IMG/VR virus record: IMGVR_UViG_3300036884_000265
Span: 1 to 59,395 of that record
Length of the DNA: 59,395 nt
Strand: one strand, 5' to 3'
DNA from: a virus
Lineage: Duplodnaviria > Caudoviricetes
Position numbers and translations under genes: made by a program. The notes beneath the pieces are model-generated. The model was not told the DNA's origin and ran no database searches. It saw only the letters and a program-made list of their open reading frames with translations. Positions 10,944 through 19,789 of this stretch are shown here, in pieces. How positions within the stretch are numbered: the first letter of the stretch is position 1; every line of letters begins with the position of its first letter.

Positions 10944-13138
10944 ACTGGTATTTCACCTAATGTACTTGCCAAAAATATTCCAGATACTTGAGAAGTTCCT
11001 TGAATCCTTACTTCAAATGCTGTTGTTAATCCAGTTATGCCAAACCGAGCAGGACTTCTTTCTGTAACAATTATACTTAATGTCATAGGAATATCCCTTA
11101 ATATAATATCAACGTAAACTGGGTAATCACGTCCAACAACCTTAATCCAACTTAAGTTTGTAGGTAAGCATAAAAATCTTTTACTAAGCCAATTTAATTC
11201 TCTTAACTCAATAGTATCACTTAATGAAACAATTACCCCGTCAATTATTAAGTACAAACGCCCATCAACTGGATCATGATAACCTGCAGTTGCGTAGAAA
11301 TCAAGATCAACCCAATCACCAGTAACCAAATCAAAAATAAATCCTGCCTTAGCACTTCCATTAGTATAAAAACCAACATACTTACCTTGCCAATAAAATG
11401 CACTTATTGTAGCTGGATTATATAAATCATTCCATTCTTCTCTTGTAAATATATTAGCAGTAACTAACTTAGCTCCATCTTGTCCGATAGTCATTAAGCC
11501 TTCAGGTGATGCATAAGCAATAACACCAGCAGTAGGCACAGGACAAATACTCCGTTTAGCTATACAAGACAAACCACCTACAATTTTCTCCATTGTTGTA
11601 TTACTTGGATCATTACAAATAACTCCATAAGGATTTCCCTTAGTCATTATAACTATAGTTGTTCCAATATTTCCTAAACCTACAATATCTCGATCAGTTG
11701 CCTTTTGATATGCTACTGGCCAAGCATGTGGATAATTTGGAACACTTAAACATAATTGATTATCTACGAAACCTGCAACAACTCCATTAGGTAATGCAAT
11801 TAAGCCTGATATACCAACAGGAGGACCATCCCATTCTGCTGAAGGTAAAATCTCAGCAAGTTGAGCATCAGTTAAGGAATCAACATAAGATGTTGTAGCT
11901 GCTGCAATTTGGTCAACAAACTGAAACTGTGCACTACTTAATGATTGATTAAGTCTATATATATTTATATTCTCAATTGCATATAATGCATCAACACCTG
12001 CATTTGATATTTCAGTTATTGTAGAAGTATCTGCATCATATACATCAACTAAGTTAGATACTGGAGAAGGTGGTCCTTCTTCTCCATACGAATTAACATA
12101 GGTATAAACGTATCCTCGTGTTTCAATTAAAGTTGGATCACCAATTGAGGCATATAATGATCCAGTTCCAGATTGTGTTACTGCTGATGGTGAAGATGTA
12201 TAATTGCTTCCTTTATTAGTTAAATCAGTTGCTATTATTAAATGATTAAGAACGGTATAAGTTCCTGCAACATATACTCCTCCATCTCCACCACTGAATA
12301 TAACAGCATATGTTCCATCAGCTTCAGAACACGTTGCATTTTCAATTTTCAGAACAACCACACATCCAGCTACGGTTGTTACATTAACTACTGGAGGAAT
12401 AACTGGAGCTGGTGGGGATGGTAGTAAATAAGATGTAGGATAATCATTACCATACTTATGCATAGTAAATGTACAAGACCAATTTGCTACTAACGAATTT
12501 GTCATTGTAAGTATTGTTGCTGTTGAAGTAGCTACAAATTCAATAGTATTTGCCCCTGCTGCAAGTAAATTAGATGTTGTCGGATTAGTTAATGATAATG
12601 TTGGAGCTTGTCCTGATGTAAGTGTCAAGGTTGCAACAATTCTATATTTCTTCCCAACTATAGTTGGAACTGATGTAGAATGACCACTTTCAGACGTACC
12701 TGCTGTATTAATTGCCGCTGCTATATTTTCACTTAATACTGATGTAAATGTATTGTACCCAGGACTTCCATTAGTCCAAGTTGTAATTAATTGCAAACCA
12801 AGTCCTGTAAAAAGATATTTATCAGTTACTTTAAATACACCTGCTTCAGTATAAAAAACACGATTAAATACATCTCCAGGAAGAGGAGCCTTAATAGCAT
12901 CAACATCTGAGTTCCAAGTAAAAAACCATCCAACATCTGAATCATCGTAATACTTAAATACGGACAATAAAGGTCCTATATTTTCAGGTGTATTAATTAT
13001 ATCATCCTTAAAATATGGAGCAATTCCACCAATATCAAAGCGGCAATTTAATGCTTGTTGTGCCTTATCTTGAGGAATCGCAAAGGGATCCTTAATCTTA
13101 GGGACCACACCTCCAAATTTTTCAAGTTTAATTAACAA
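10940..13138 (-). CDS. Tail tubular/nozzle (stabilisation) protein with inserted beta-rich domains
   Basis: N-terminal FGGVVPKI..P....AQ.A.NC, YVYTYVN.YGEEGPPSP, and C-terminal propeller-like PHAWP..Y motifs; follows the adaptors. Confidence 0.75.
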   Translation of the reverse strand: MLIKLEKFGGVVPKIKDPFAIPQDKAQQALNCRFDIGGIAPYFKDDIINTPENIGPLLSVFKYYDDSDVGWFFTWNSDVDAIKAPLPGDVFNRVFYTEAGVFKVTDKYLFTGLGLQLITTWTNGSPGYNTFTSVLSENIAAAINTAGTSESGHSTSVPTIVGKKYRIVATLTLTSGQAPTLSLTNPTTSNLLAAGANTIEFVATSTATILTMTNSLVANWSCTFTMHKYGNDYPTSYLLPSPPAPVIPPVVNVTTVAGCVVVLKIENATCSEADGTYAVIFSGGDGGVYVAGTYTVLNHLIIATDLTNKGSNYTSSPSAVTQSGTGSLYASIGDPTLIETRGYVYTYVNSYGEEGPPSPVSNLVDVYDADTSTITEISNAGVDALYAIENINIYRLNQSLSSAQFQFVDQIAAATTSYVDSLTDAQLAEILPSAEWDGPPVGISGLIALPNGVVAGFVDNQLCLSVPNYPHAWPVAYQKATDRDIVGLGNIGTTIVIMTKGNPYGVICNDPSNTTMEKIVGGLSCIAKRSICPVPTAGVIAYASPEGLMTIGQDGAKLVTANIFTREEWNDLYNPATISAFYWQGKYVGFYTNGSAKAGFIFDLVTGDWVDLDFYATAGYHDPVDGRLYLIIDGVIVSLSDTIELRELNWLSKRFLCLPTNLSWIKVVGRDYPVYVDIILRDIPMTLSIIVTERSPARFGITGLTTAFEVRIQGTSQVSGIFLASTLGEIPV

Positions 13139-13153
13139 TTTACAACTCCATAA

Positions 13154-13852
13154 TTATTGTTGCTGTTGTTCTTGAGCCTGAGACTGAGTAGCCTGAACAC
13201 CCATCTGCCTATAAAATTGGCCTAAGCACATAGTTGCTTTATTAAGAGCATTAGGTATTGTTGTTTCTTCCCTCAAAATTAAGTATAAAATATAACTAAT
13301 ACAAGGTAATTTCAATGATTCTTCCAAAGGAAACGTATCATCCTCTGCAGTAAGTTGAGCAGGAAGTTCAGAAAAAATCATTTTAATTCCTTGATCAGTA
13401 TCTATAGGCTGAGGAGGAAAAACATAAAATGCATAAGGATCAAGATCATCCTTAACAACATATTTAATTGTTTTATTAGCAGCAAATGTTTGCCATGATG
13501 GTATTAACTGATCAAGATTTTTTCTTTGTAAGATTGTAATTGCATTACCTGTAAGAACCCCACCAATCATATTGCAGACAATATCTAAGATACATATCTC
13601 AACAGGATCAATTGTCTGAAGAGAACCGGCAACCAAACTAAATACCTTCATAACTGGATAAATAGTTGGATTTACCTTAATCATTTCAACAATTGCTAAG
13701 TTAATATATGGAAGTAAGTAAGCAGGAGAATAAACCGTTCCAGTTACATCCTGAACTTGTTTCTGTACATCAAGTATAATTTCTTCAGTAACCGGTAATA
13801 CCGTTATTGTTGTTGGTATTCCTGAAGCCGATCCACCATCTAAGACTGGCAT
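13154..13852 (-). CDS. Head-tail adaptor (DUF6682-like)
   Basis: LLPYINLA..E..K..P, LVAGSLQ, LDQLIPSWQ and DP..FYVFPP motifs. Confidence 0.7.
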   Translation of the reverse strand: MPVLDGGSASGIPTTITVLPVTEEIILDVQKQVQDVTGTVYSPAYLLPYINLAIVEMIKVNPTIYPVMKVFSLVAGSLQTIDPVEICILDIVCNMIGGVLTGNAITILQRKNLDQLIPSWQTFAANKTIKYVVKDDLDPYAFYVFPPQPIDTDQGIKMIFSELPAQLTAEDDTFPLEESLKLPCISYILYLILREETTIPNALNKATMCLGQFYRQMGVQATQSQAQEQQQQ

Positions 13853-13863
13853 AGCTTTTCACC

Positions 13864-14844
13864 TTACATAAAATTTGAATGATGTGTTCTTGTCTTACCT
13901 AAAATATTCATTCGTGAATTTATAACTGAATCAAATTCTCTCATTAAGAATATATTAAAATCAGGATCAGACTCAGGAATTGAAAGTCCCTTTTGTATTA
14001 TCCTTACAATACCTTCTCTGAAAATTTCATCAAATAATCCATTGAATGGAATTTCTGATGTATTTGTTAATAAAGAAGGTAAACCAAAATATCTTCCTGA
14101 AATTATAAGAGGATAAATTGCATAAGGACGGATATATAATGTTGTTCCAATTATCTTATAATGATGAGGATTTCGCGAAGGTGCTTCCCACTCCCAACCA
14201 TACATTCCGTACTGAGTCCACCATTCAATATCGTGTCCATCATCTGAGTTAAGATAATTAGGTTCTAATGTTCGCTTGCTTACATTAAGTCCAGTAGGCA
14301 TTGCTAAAGGAGTAATATATAATGGAGTACCTACGGGAAGTGTAAGTCCTGGTGTAATTACAAGTGAAACTGGATTAAGAGCACCTACAAATTCAAGTAA
14401 ATCAATTACACCAACAGTTAATGTAGATAATGATGTTCCAATTATTTCAGCATTACTTCCTGGAACAGGTACTGTTGATATGTTCCAAGCACTTATTGTA
14501 TCTGATCCATGTGAATCAAGCATGTCAATAGTTAAGGCACCAGTAGGACCCCAATAATAAGCCACAATTCCCATTATCCAATCAGTATATAAATCCTGAG
14601 ATTTGACCTTTTCAGCTAATGAAATAAATCCACTTGGTAGTGAAGCATAACAACCTTGAGATGGTATGTTAAGGGACAACGAACTTGATGCAACAATCAA
14701 ATCAGATTTACGATCTACTAATTTTTTAGCAAGCATCGACTGAATAGAATTAGCTGCACCAAGAAGCGTTATCCCTGCCTCATTTTTTAAACGCCCAGCA
14801 CGTTGCATTATATCATCAATAAGGTCAGTTACTAAATAACTCAT
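13864..14844 (-). CDS. Second adaptor-like protein with an inserted fibre-type domain
   Basis: Adaptor-like ends (YASLPSGF...P.HYKIIGTTLYIRP...Y..LP..L) flanking a ~90-aa beta-rich insert. Confidence 0.55.
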   Translation of the reverse strand: MSYLVTDLIDDIMQRAGRLKNEAGITLLGAANSIQSMLAKKLVDRKSDLIVASSSLSLNIPSQGCYASLPSGFISLAEKVKSQDLYTDWIMGIVAYYWGPTGALTIDMLDSHGSDTISAWNISTVPVPGSNAEIIGTSLSTLTVGVIDLLEFVGALNPVSLVITPGLTLPVGTPLYITPLAMPTGLNVSKRTLEPNYLNSDDGHDIEWWTQYGMYGWEWEAPSRNPHHYKIIGTTLYIRPYAIYPLIISGRYFGLPSLLTNTSEIPFNGLFDEIFREGIVRIIQKGLSIPESDPDFNIFLMREFDSVINSRMNILGKTRTHHSNFM

Positions 14845-14847
14845 TAC

Positions 14848-15522
14848 TTACCCCTTTGGTATTTGCTGATATTCTTTTCTACCTGGAGTTTTTTCAATTG
14901 GATTTGGAAGATCCTTCTCCATAAATGAATCCTTATTTTCTTTCTGGTGTGATGCTTCCCAGTGCTTAGCTAAGTCAACAGGATTTCCATATACTTCTTT
15001 ACACTCAGCACAATGATATGGTGTCTTATCAATTATTGGAGCAGGTACTTCCTTATTCTCAACAAATGATCTTAACCATACATCAGCATCATTAATATCA
15101 ACAAAAGGCCAGACTTTTTGTACGTCATCAGACCAGATGCCATTTGCACCACAAAACTTAATACTTCCATCCTTTTCCCTATGTTTAATACAATATCCTT
15201 TATCATTGCCCATAACCTTAAGAACATCAACTGAATACCCAGTAAACATTTTCTGAGTACTCTCAATTTTATTTCTCCTTGCAAGCATATCATCCTGAGC
15301 TTGTTTAGGTCGATAAGGTCTAAAATTAGCTCTTCCTTTAATTGGAGGATTCTTAGTCATATTCCCAACTAAATAATCAACTATTTCTTGATTAGCAATA
15401 TTACAAACTGAAGTTGTTTGTTCTCCTTCTAAAGCTCCAGGAATTGGCATAAATTCATAATTGTGTTCCTTAATTGATACAATTGTAAGTCCATCACGTA
15501 ATGTCAAACACTCAATTAACAT
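14848..15522 (-). CDS. Head-region protein with C2H2 zinc finger
   Basis: YHCAECKEVYGNPVDLAKHWEASH near the C-terminus. Confidence 0.65.
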   Translation of the reverse strand: MLIECLTLRDGLTIVSIKEHNYEFMPIPGALEGEQTTSVCNIANQEIVDYLVGNMTKNPPIKGRANFRPYRPKQAQDDMLARRNKIESTQKMFTGYSVDVLKVMGNDKGYCIKHREKDGSIKFCGANGIWSDDVQKVWPFVDINDADVWLRSFVENKEVPAPIIDKTPYHCAECKEVYGNPVDLAKHWEASHQKENKDSFMEKDLPNPIEKTPGRKEYQQIPKG

Positions 15523-15555
15523 CTTAAACCTCCTATTTCATTTTCCTTTTTAAAT

Positions 15556-15611
15556 TTACACAACGGTAAGATTATCGTAATAATTACGGTATTTAACTTA
15601 CCGTTGTGTAA
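15556..15611. terminator. 15-bp perfect inverted repeat (terminator-like) enclosing palindromic element copy 3 (core 15576-15588)
   Basis: ttacacaacggtaag ... attatCGTAATAATTACGgtatttaa ... cttaccgttgtgtaa, just downstream of the capsid and decoration genes. Confidence 0.7.
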
Positions 15612-15621
15612 GTACACCATT

Positions 15622-16179
15622 TTATTCTTGATCCCTGTCAATTTCAATTGCAAGTGTTAGGCTACCTGCAAGTGCTACATTAGGCAGCGTTGTAACCTGA
15701 AATGCAATGATTCGGTCTTTAACCTTATCAACTCCAATTGCAGTCATTGGTTTCAGTGTCATAGTTGTTGCTGTAGTTACACCAAGTCCTACGCGACCAC
15801 CTGCTTGACCAACAGTTAGTGTAGTCATCAAATTCTGACCACTAACCAATTGAGGATCAACACTTGTATCCGTTACTCCACCACTTGAATAAGCCGCAGG
15901 AATTGCAGCCGTTGCAGCAGCCTGACCAAAATACGTATTAAGAATACCAATACTAAAACATAATGCTGCAGCAGTTCCACCAGAGTCGAGTGAAGCTGTT
16001 TCAACAAAAGCATTTACCAAACGATGACCTGCCGGCAAAATATTAAATGCATAGATTTGAGTTGTAATCAAATCAGTCGTAAGCAAAGCAATCGTCCGAT
16101 AACTCCACCTTGCCCCACCCAGTGCATTAAGACCAGGTTTTGTATATAAATCAGTAGAAACTTTAAGAGTATTTGTCAT
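15622..16179 (-). CDS. Capsid decoration / minor capsid protein
   Basis: Immediately after the MCP; LPAG.R.V....T..LD beta-rich pattern. Confidence 0.6.
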   Translation of the reverse strand: MTNTLKVSTDLYTKPGLNALGGARWSYRTIALLTTDLITTQIYAFNILPAGHRLVNAFVETASLDSGGTAAALCFSIGILNTYFGQAAATAAIPAAYSSGGVTDTSVDPQLVSGQNLMTTLTVGQAGGRVGLGVTTATTMTLKPMTAIGVDKVKDRIIAFQVTTLPNVALAGSLTLAIEIDRDQE

Positions 16180-16207
16180 GTCATAACCTCCTTATTTACT
16201 TGACAAA

Positions 16208-17320
16208 TTATGGTTGTTTGGCAGCAGTCAGAATTGCCATAACACCAAAGTCATTACCATTGAAATTTGTCTTGACAAATCCCCACTTCGTATCTGTGTA
16301 AATGTCAAGTTGATTTCCACCATCATAGGCTTCTTCAAACCAACCAAATGTAAGTGCTCCACCTGCCTGACCCTGAGCAATTGTACCTGCCTGAATTCCA
16401 CAAAATAATGCCATAACTGCACTTACGTTTGTACCAGCACCATAATCAGTAAACTGAATACAATTCTGGTGAACCTGAAGGACAACCTTATTCCACATAC
16501 CAAGGCCACCTTTCATAAACTCATTGTTCTTTCCTGTAGCCATTGCCATCGCCTTTTGTATGTCCGCCCAGTCCATAGACGTTGTATTCCTTCTCAGGTT
16601 AAATTCCTGCCAAGGATTCATTACACACAAAAATACTTCCTCACCATCTAAACTAATTGGTTGAATCTGAGGAACTTCAGAATACGCAGGACCTCCACCA
16701 CCCATCATCTTAGCATAAGCAACAGCCTTGTCAATAGGCAACGTAGTCATTGTATCAGTATCCTGAAGAGTTAATTTAGAAGATGCAACACCACTGTAAA
16801 CAATGTGGTTAGAATCCGGAGCAGAGATTGTGTTATTTGCACGTCCTGTCCAAGTTAATGGAAACACATAATCAGTATTTACTCCACGATACCCGCTTAA
16901 ATACATAAATATAATCTGATCAAAAACACGGCCCCACAATGCAGTCGTTTGCATCCTTGCCACTTGCCTAAGATCATGGAGTGTCCGTTTTTGCGACATT
17001 CTACCACCAGTACTTACAACTTCTCTTTCCTGGTCAATATAAACAATCTGTGTATAGAAAAATAATTTTTCTCCCTTGCCACGAGCCTCATCATCACCTT
17101 CAATTGGCTGTGCGTTAAGCTGCATAGAAATATCGAATGATACCTGTTCTCCACGCTGACTTTCCAAATCTGGAACTGCATAAATCGGACGAGTTGCAGT
17201 TGGCCCACCTGCCATCCACTTGCTTGTCCACTGCCCTTTTCTTGCTGCATCAACAGCTAAGGTTGAACTAAATCGTTTAACAGCCTTAGCATCATTTAAA
17301 CCAACCATCGTTTGCGCCAC
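16208..17320 (-). CDS. Major capsid protein, N4-gp56/DUF4043 family
   Basis: MAQT.VG.ND.KAVKR.S..LAVD, DLE...GE.VSFD, IDQ.R..V..GGRMSQKRTLHDLR, NGNDFGV; GTG start with GGAGG RBS. Confidence 0.9.
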   Translation of the reverse strand: MAQTMVGLNDAKAVKRFSSTLAVDAARKGQWTSKWMAGGPTATRPIYAVPDLESQRGEQVSFDISMQLNAQPIEGDDEARGKGEKLFFYTQIVYIDQEREVVSTGGRMSQKRTLHDLRQVARMQTTALWGRVFDQIIFMYLSGYRGVNTDYVFPLTWTGRANNTISAPDSNHIVYSGVASSKLTLQDTDTMTTLPIDKAVAYAKMMGGGGPAYSEVPQIQPISLDGEEVFLCVMNPWQEFNLRRNTTSMDWADIQKAMAMATGKNNEFMKGGLGMWNKVVLQVHQNCIQFTDYGAGTNVSAVMALFCGIQAGTIAQGQAGGALTFGWFEEAYDGGNQLDIYTDTKWGFVKTNFNGNDFGVMAILTAAKQP

Positions 17321-17446
17321 TGAGTGCCTCCATTTTAAGCTATCCTTGCATATTTTTTGTTTTATTTGGTGCTAAGTAAAAAACCTCGTGTTCTTTACTT
17401 TGTATATTGTTTTCCCCAATTTTATGTTGATTTAATAATTTTCATC

Positions 17447-17650
17447 TTACTGTGTCCTGTCATTGTTATCATAATGCTGATGATTTTTTGTGTGTCTAAT
17501 GGGAACGGATTCCTTATTGGCCATAATAACTAAGATTGCTTTCCTTCCAACAACTTCAGTCAAACGTATCTTAACATTTGTCATTCCTGATTGAGGACTT
17601 AAATCAAAATCCAACTCATCCCCAATTGATATTTCCTTTTTTAAGGCCAT
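17447..17650 (-). CDS. CsrA/RsmA-fold small protein
   Basis: LKKEISIGDEL...VKIRLTEVVGRKAILVIMA...VPIRH matches the CsrA beta-strand pattern (L.R..GE.I.I...I.V....G..VRIGI.AP..V.I.R). Confidence 0.6.
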   Translation of the reverse strand: MALKKEISIGDELDFDLSPQSGMTNVKIRLTEVVGRKAILVIMANKESVPIRHTKNHQHYDNNDRTQ

Positions 17651-17651
17651 C

Positions 17652-18728
17652 TTATTTGCCTCTTGATAATGAATTTACATAGGCATCAACAACGTTTTGA
17701 GGTTGTTTCTTAAGCCATGCTTCCCGTTTTGCATCAGGCATACGATCAACTGCAGCCCAACCATCTTCAACCGAGTTCTTACCTGCATCAGGAACATCAC
17801 CTAATGTTTCATCAGGTAATTTAGCAACACCTTTTTCCTTAGCAATATCCGCATCAGATTTCTTCTTGGGTTCAATTTCTTCAATAACCTTAACCTCCTT
17901 TGGTTTCACTAAGCCAAGTGTTTCCTTGACAAGCTTATCAGCCTTGACAAGCACTTGCATACCACTTAACCCGGTATCATTAATTTGATTAATTGCTGAT
18001 TGCAAAGCACTCATAAGCATCATGCTTTTTGTGGACTTAATAATTTTACCTTCAGCATTAATTTCACCAAGGTATTCTTTCCTTGCTTTCCAAAAAGTTC
18101 TTTGTTCACTATCCCAGATGAAATCATCCCTAAGTGCATCACGAATACGTTCACGTTCTGTTGCCTTGAAATCACTTAACTTTTCCTTAAGTTCATCACG
18201 CTTATCTTCATAATCATCCTTAGAAATTTCATCATTATCAAATTTATCCTTAAGTCCTTTAAGTGATTCATTGTGCTTACTCAACATATCACTTGGAATA
18301 CTTACAACATATTTTTCCTGTACTTCCTTAGGTTGAGTTGCTAACCAAGTATTCATATCAGCAGAAGTAGCCGTTGTGCGAAAACCAAGTAAATCAGTAT
18401 CACTTACTTCTTCTTCAGGTTTAATTTCCGGTTTGATTTCCTCAACCTTCTTAACTTCGGGTTCAGGAATAACCTCCGGTTTAATTTCATCAGGCTTAAC
18501 TTCAGGAACAATACCTGCAATTTCCTTAAGCACATCTTCATCAACCGTTTCTTCCTCACCATCAGGATTTTTAATCATGTCCCTGATGCCTTCCTTATCC
18601 TCAGTTGATAAACGATCCCACTCACCTTGAGTATATCCTTCAGGTGGAGCGTCTATAACTTCAGCATCAGGAATCTTTATTTCCTCTTCTTCAATTTCCT
18701 TTGTTTCCTTTTTAGTTTCAATAGCCAT
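17652..18728 (-). CDS. Capsid scaffolding protein
   Basis: Acidic, E/K/P-rich coiled coil between portal and MCP. Confidence 0.7.
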   Translation of the reverse strand: MAIETKKETKEIEEEEIKIPDAEVIDAPPEGYTQGEWDRLSTEDKEGIRDMIKNPDGEEETVDEDVLKEIAGIVPEVKPDEIKPEVIPEPEVKKVEEIKPEIKPEEEVSDTDLLGFRTTATSADMNTWLATQPKEVQEKYVVSIPSDMLSKHNESLKGLKDKFDNDEISKDDYEDKRDELKEKLSDFKATERERIRDALRDDFIWDSEQRTFWKARKEYLGEINAEGKIIKSTKSMMLMSALQSAINQINDTGLSGMQVLVKADKLVKETLGLVKPKEVKVIEEIEPKKKSDADIAKEKGVAKLPDETLGDVPDAGKNSVEDGWAAVDRMPDAKREAWLKKQPQNVVDAYVNSLSRGK

Positions 18729-18742
18729 TTTTCATTTCCTCC

Positions 18743-18943
18743 TTAAATGTCCTTTCCTTCACCAAGTGAAATCATTTTTTCAGCTTCTTCTTTCTTAAAC
18801 TTAGACTCATCAAGCAATTCTTTAGCACGTTTCTTAACAGCTTTCATACGCTCAGGATCATTCTTAATTACACAAGCACGTGCAACAACCCTTAAATCAT
18901 CTTCAGCTTCGTAAGATAATGATACTTCACAATCATTTCTCAT
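18743..18943 (-). CDS. Small conserved head-module protein
   Basis: EAEDDLRV..RA..I..DP.RMKA helical motif; GGAAGG RBS. Confidence 0.55.
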   Translation of the reverse strand: MRNDCEVSLSYEAEDDLRVVARACVIKNDPERMKAVKKRAKELLDESKFKKEEAEKMISLGEGKDI

Positions 18944-18955
18944 CCTTAACCTTCC

Positions 18956-19354
18956 TTATGCTAATGCAATCTTAAGCAAACTACTTTTTTCCTGTTGAAC
19001 ACCTTCAAGAATAACATACAAAAAGTTTGAATAATAAAAAGCATCATACACGCCCATGTTAAGGGTTGCAATAAGTGCAACAGCTGAACCATCAGCATGT
19101 AAATTATATACACGCCCATCTGCTAAGACTGCAGTTAGTGCAGCAGTTAAACCAGTATAAACTAAGGCAACAATTCTTCCAGGTAACTTAACCTTGTTTG
19201 TCAATTCAGCCAATGTACCTGAAGTTGTCAAACTCTTAATTCTTCCATTATCATAGCCAATATACATTGTTGTCTGATATCCTGCAGCCCGTGCAACCTT
19301 ATCAGTTGCAAATATTCCCGCTGTGGGTAATTTAGTAATATCGCCCAAACTCAT
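18956..19354 (-). CDS. Beta-propeller-fragment protein, paralog B
   Basis: Shares TKxPTxG, ELTNKVKLPGxIVAL, DGRVYxLHxDG, LNM and GxQQExS with the adjacent gene. Confidence 0.7.
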   Translation of the reverse strand: MSLGDITKLPTAGIFATDKVARAAGYQTTMYIGYDNGRIKSLTTSGTLAELTNKVKLPGRIVALVYTGLTAALTAVLADGRVYNLHADGSAVALIATLNMGVYDAFYYSNFLYVILEGVQQEKSSLLKIALA

Positions 19355-19371
19355 TTTAAACCTCCTTATAA

Positions 19372-19788
19372 TTACGTTAAGCTAATTCTAATTACATTAC
19401 TTCTTTCTTGTTGCATTCCGTTAAGAATTGCATATGCATAAGTACCATAAACATAAACACCAACAACACTCATATTAAGATTTGCAATAAGTGTTATAAC
19501 CGTTCCATCAGTATGAAGTGTATAAACACGTCCATCAGATAAAATTGCAATTAATACTGTAAAACTTACAGCACCTAAAGCAACAATCTTACCTGGAAGT
19601 TTTACCTTATTTGTAAGTTCAGTTTCTGCTGCAATTGTTGTCGAGTCAATATTAGTAATTTGTTTTATTACTCCAGTATCCTTACAAATAAATAATGTTG
19701 TTCCAGTAGTTGCACCAACTATACATGTTATATTATTATTTGCATTTATACCTTGTGTAGGTATTTTTGTTAAGGTTCCAATTGCCAT
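19372..19788 (-). CDS. Beta-propeller-fragment protein, paralog A
   Basis: Start moved to ATG 19788 (AAGGAGG RBS; aligns with the paralog start). 138 aa. Confidence 0.7.
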   Translation of the reverse strand: MAIGTLTKIPTQGINANNNITCIVGATTGTTLFICKDTGVIKQITNIDSTTIAAETELTNKVKLPGKIVALGAVSFTVLIAILSDGRVYTLHTDGTVITLIANLNMSVVGVYVYGTYAYAILNGMQQERSNVIRISLT

Positions 19789-19789
19789 T

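Noticed and set aside
19366-19382. Tenth copy of the palindromic element
   Set aside because: Only a half-site (ATAATTACG) is present, without the other arm or the conserved flanks.
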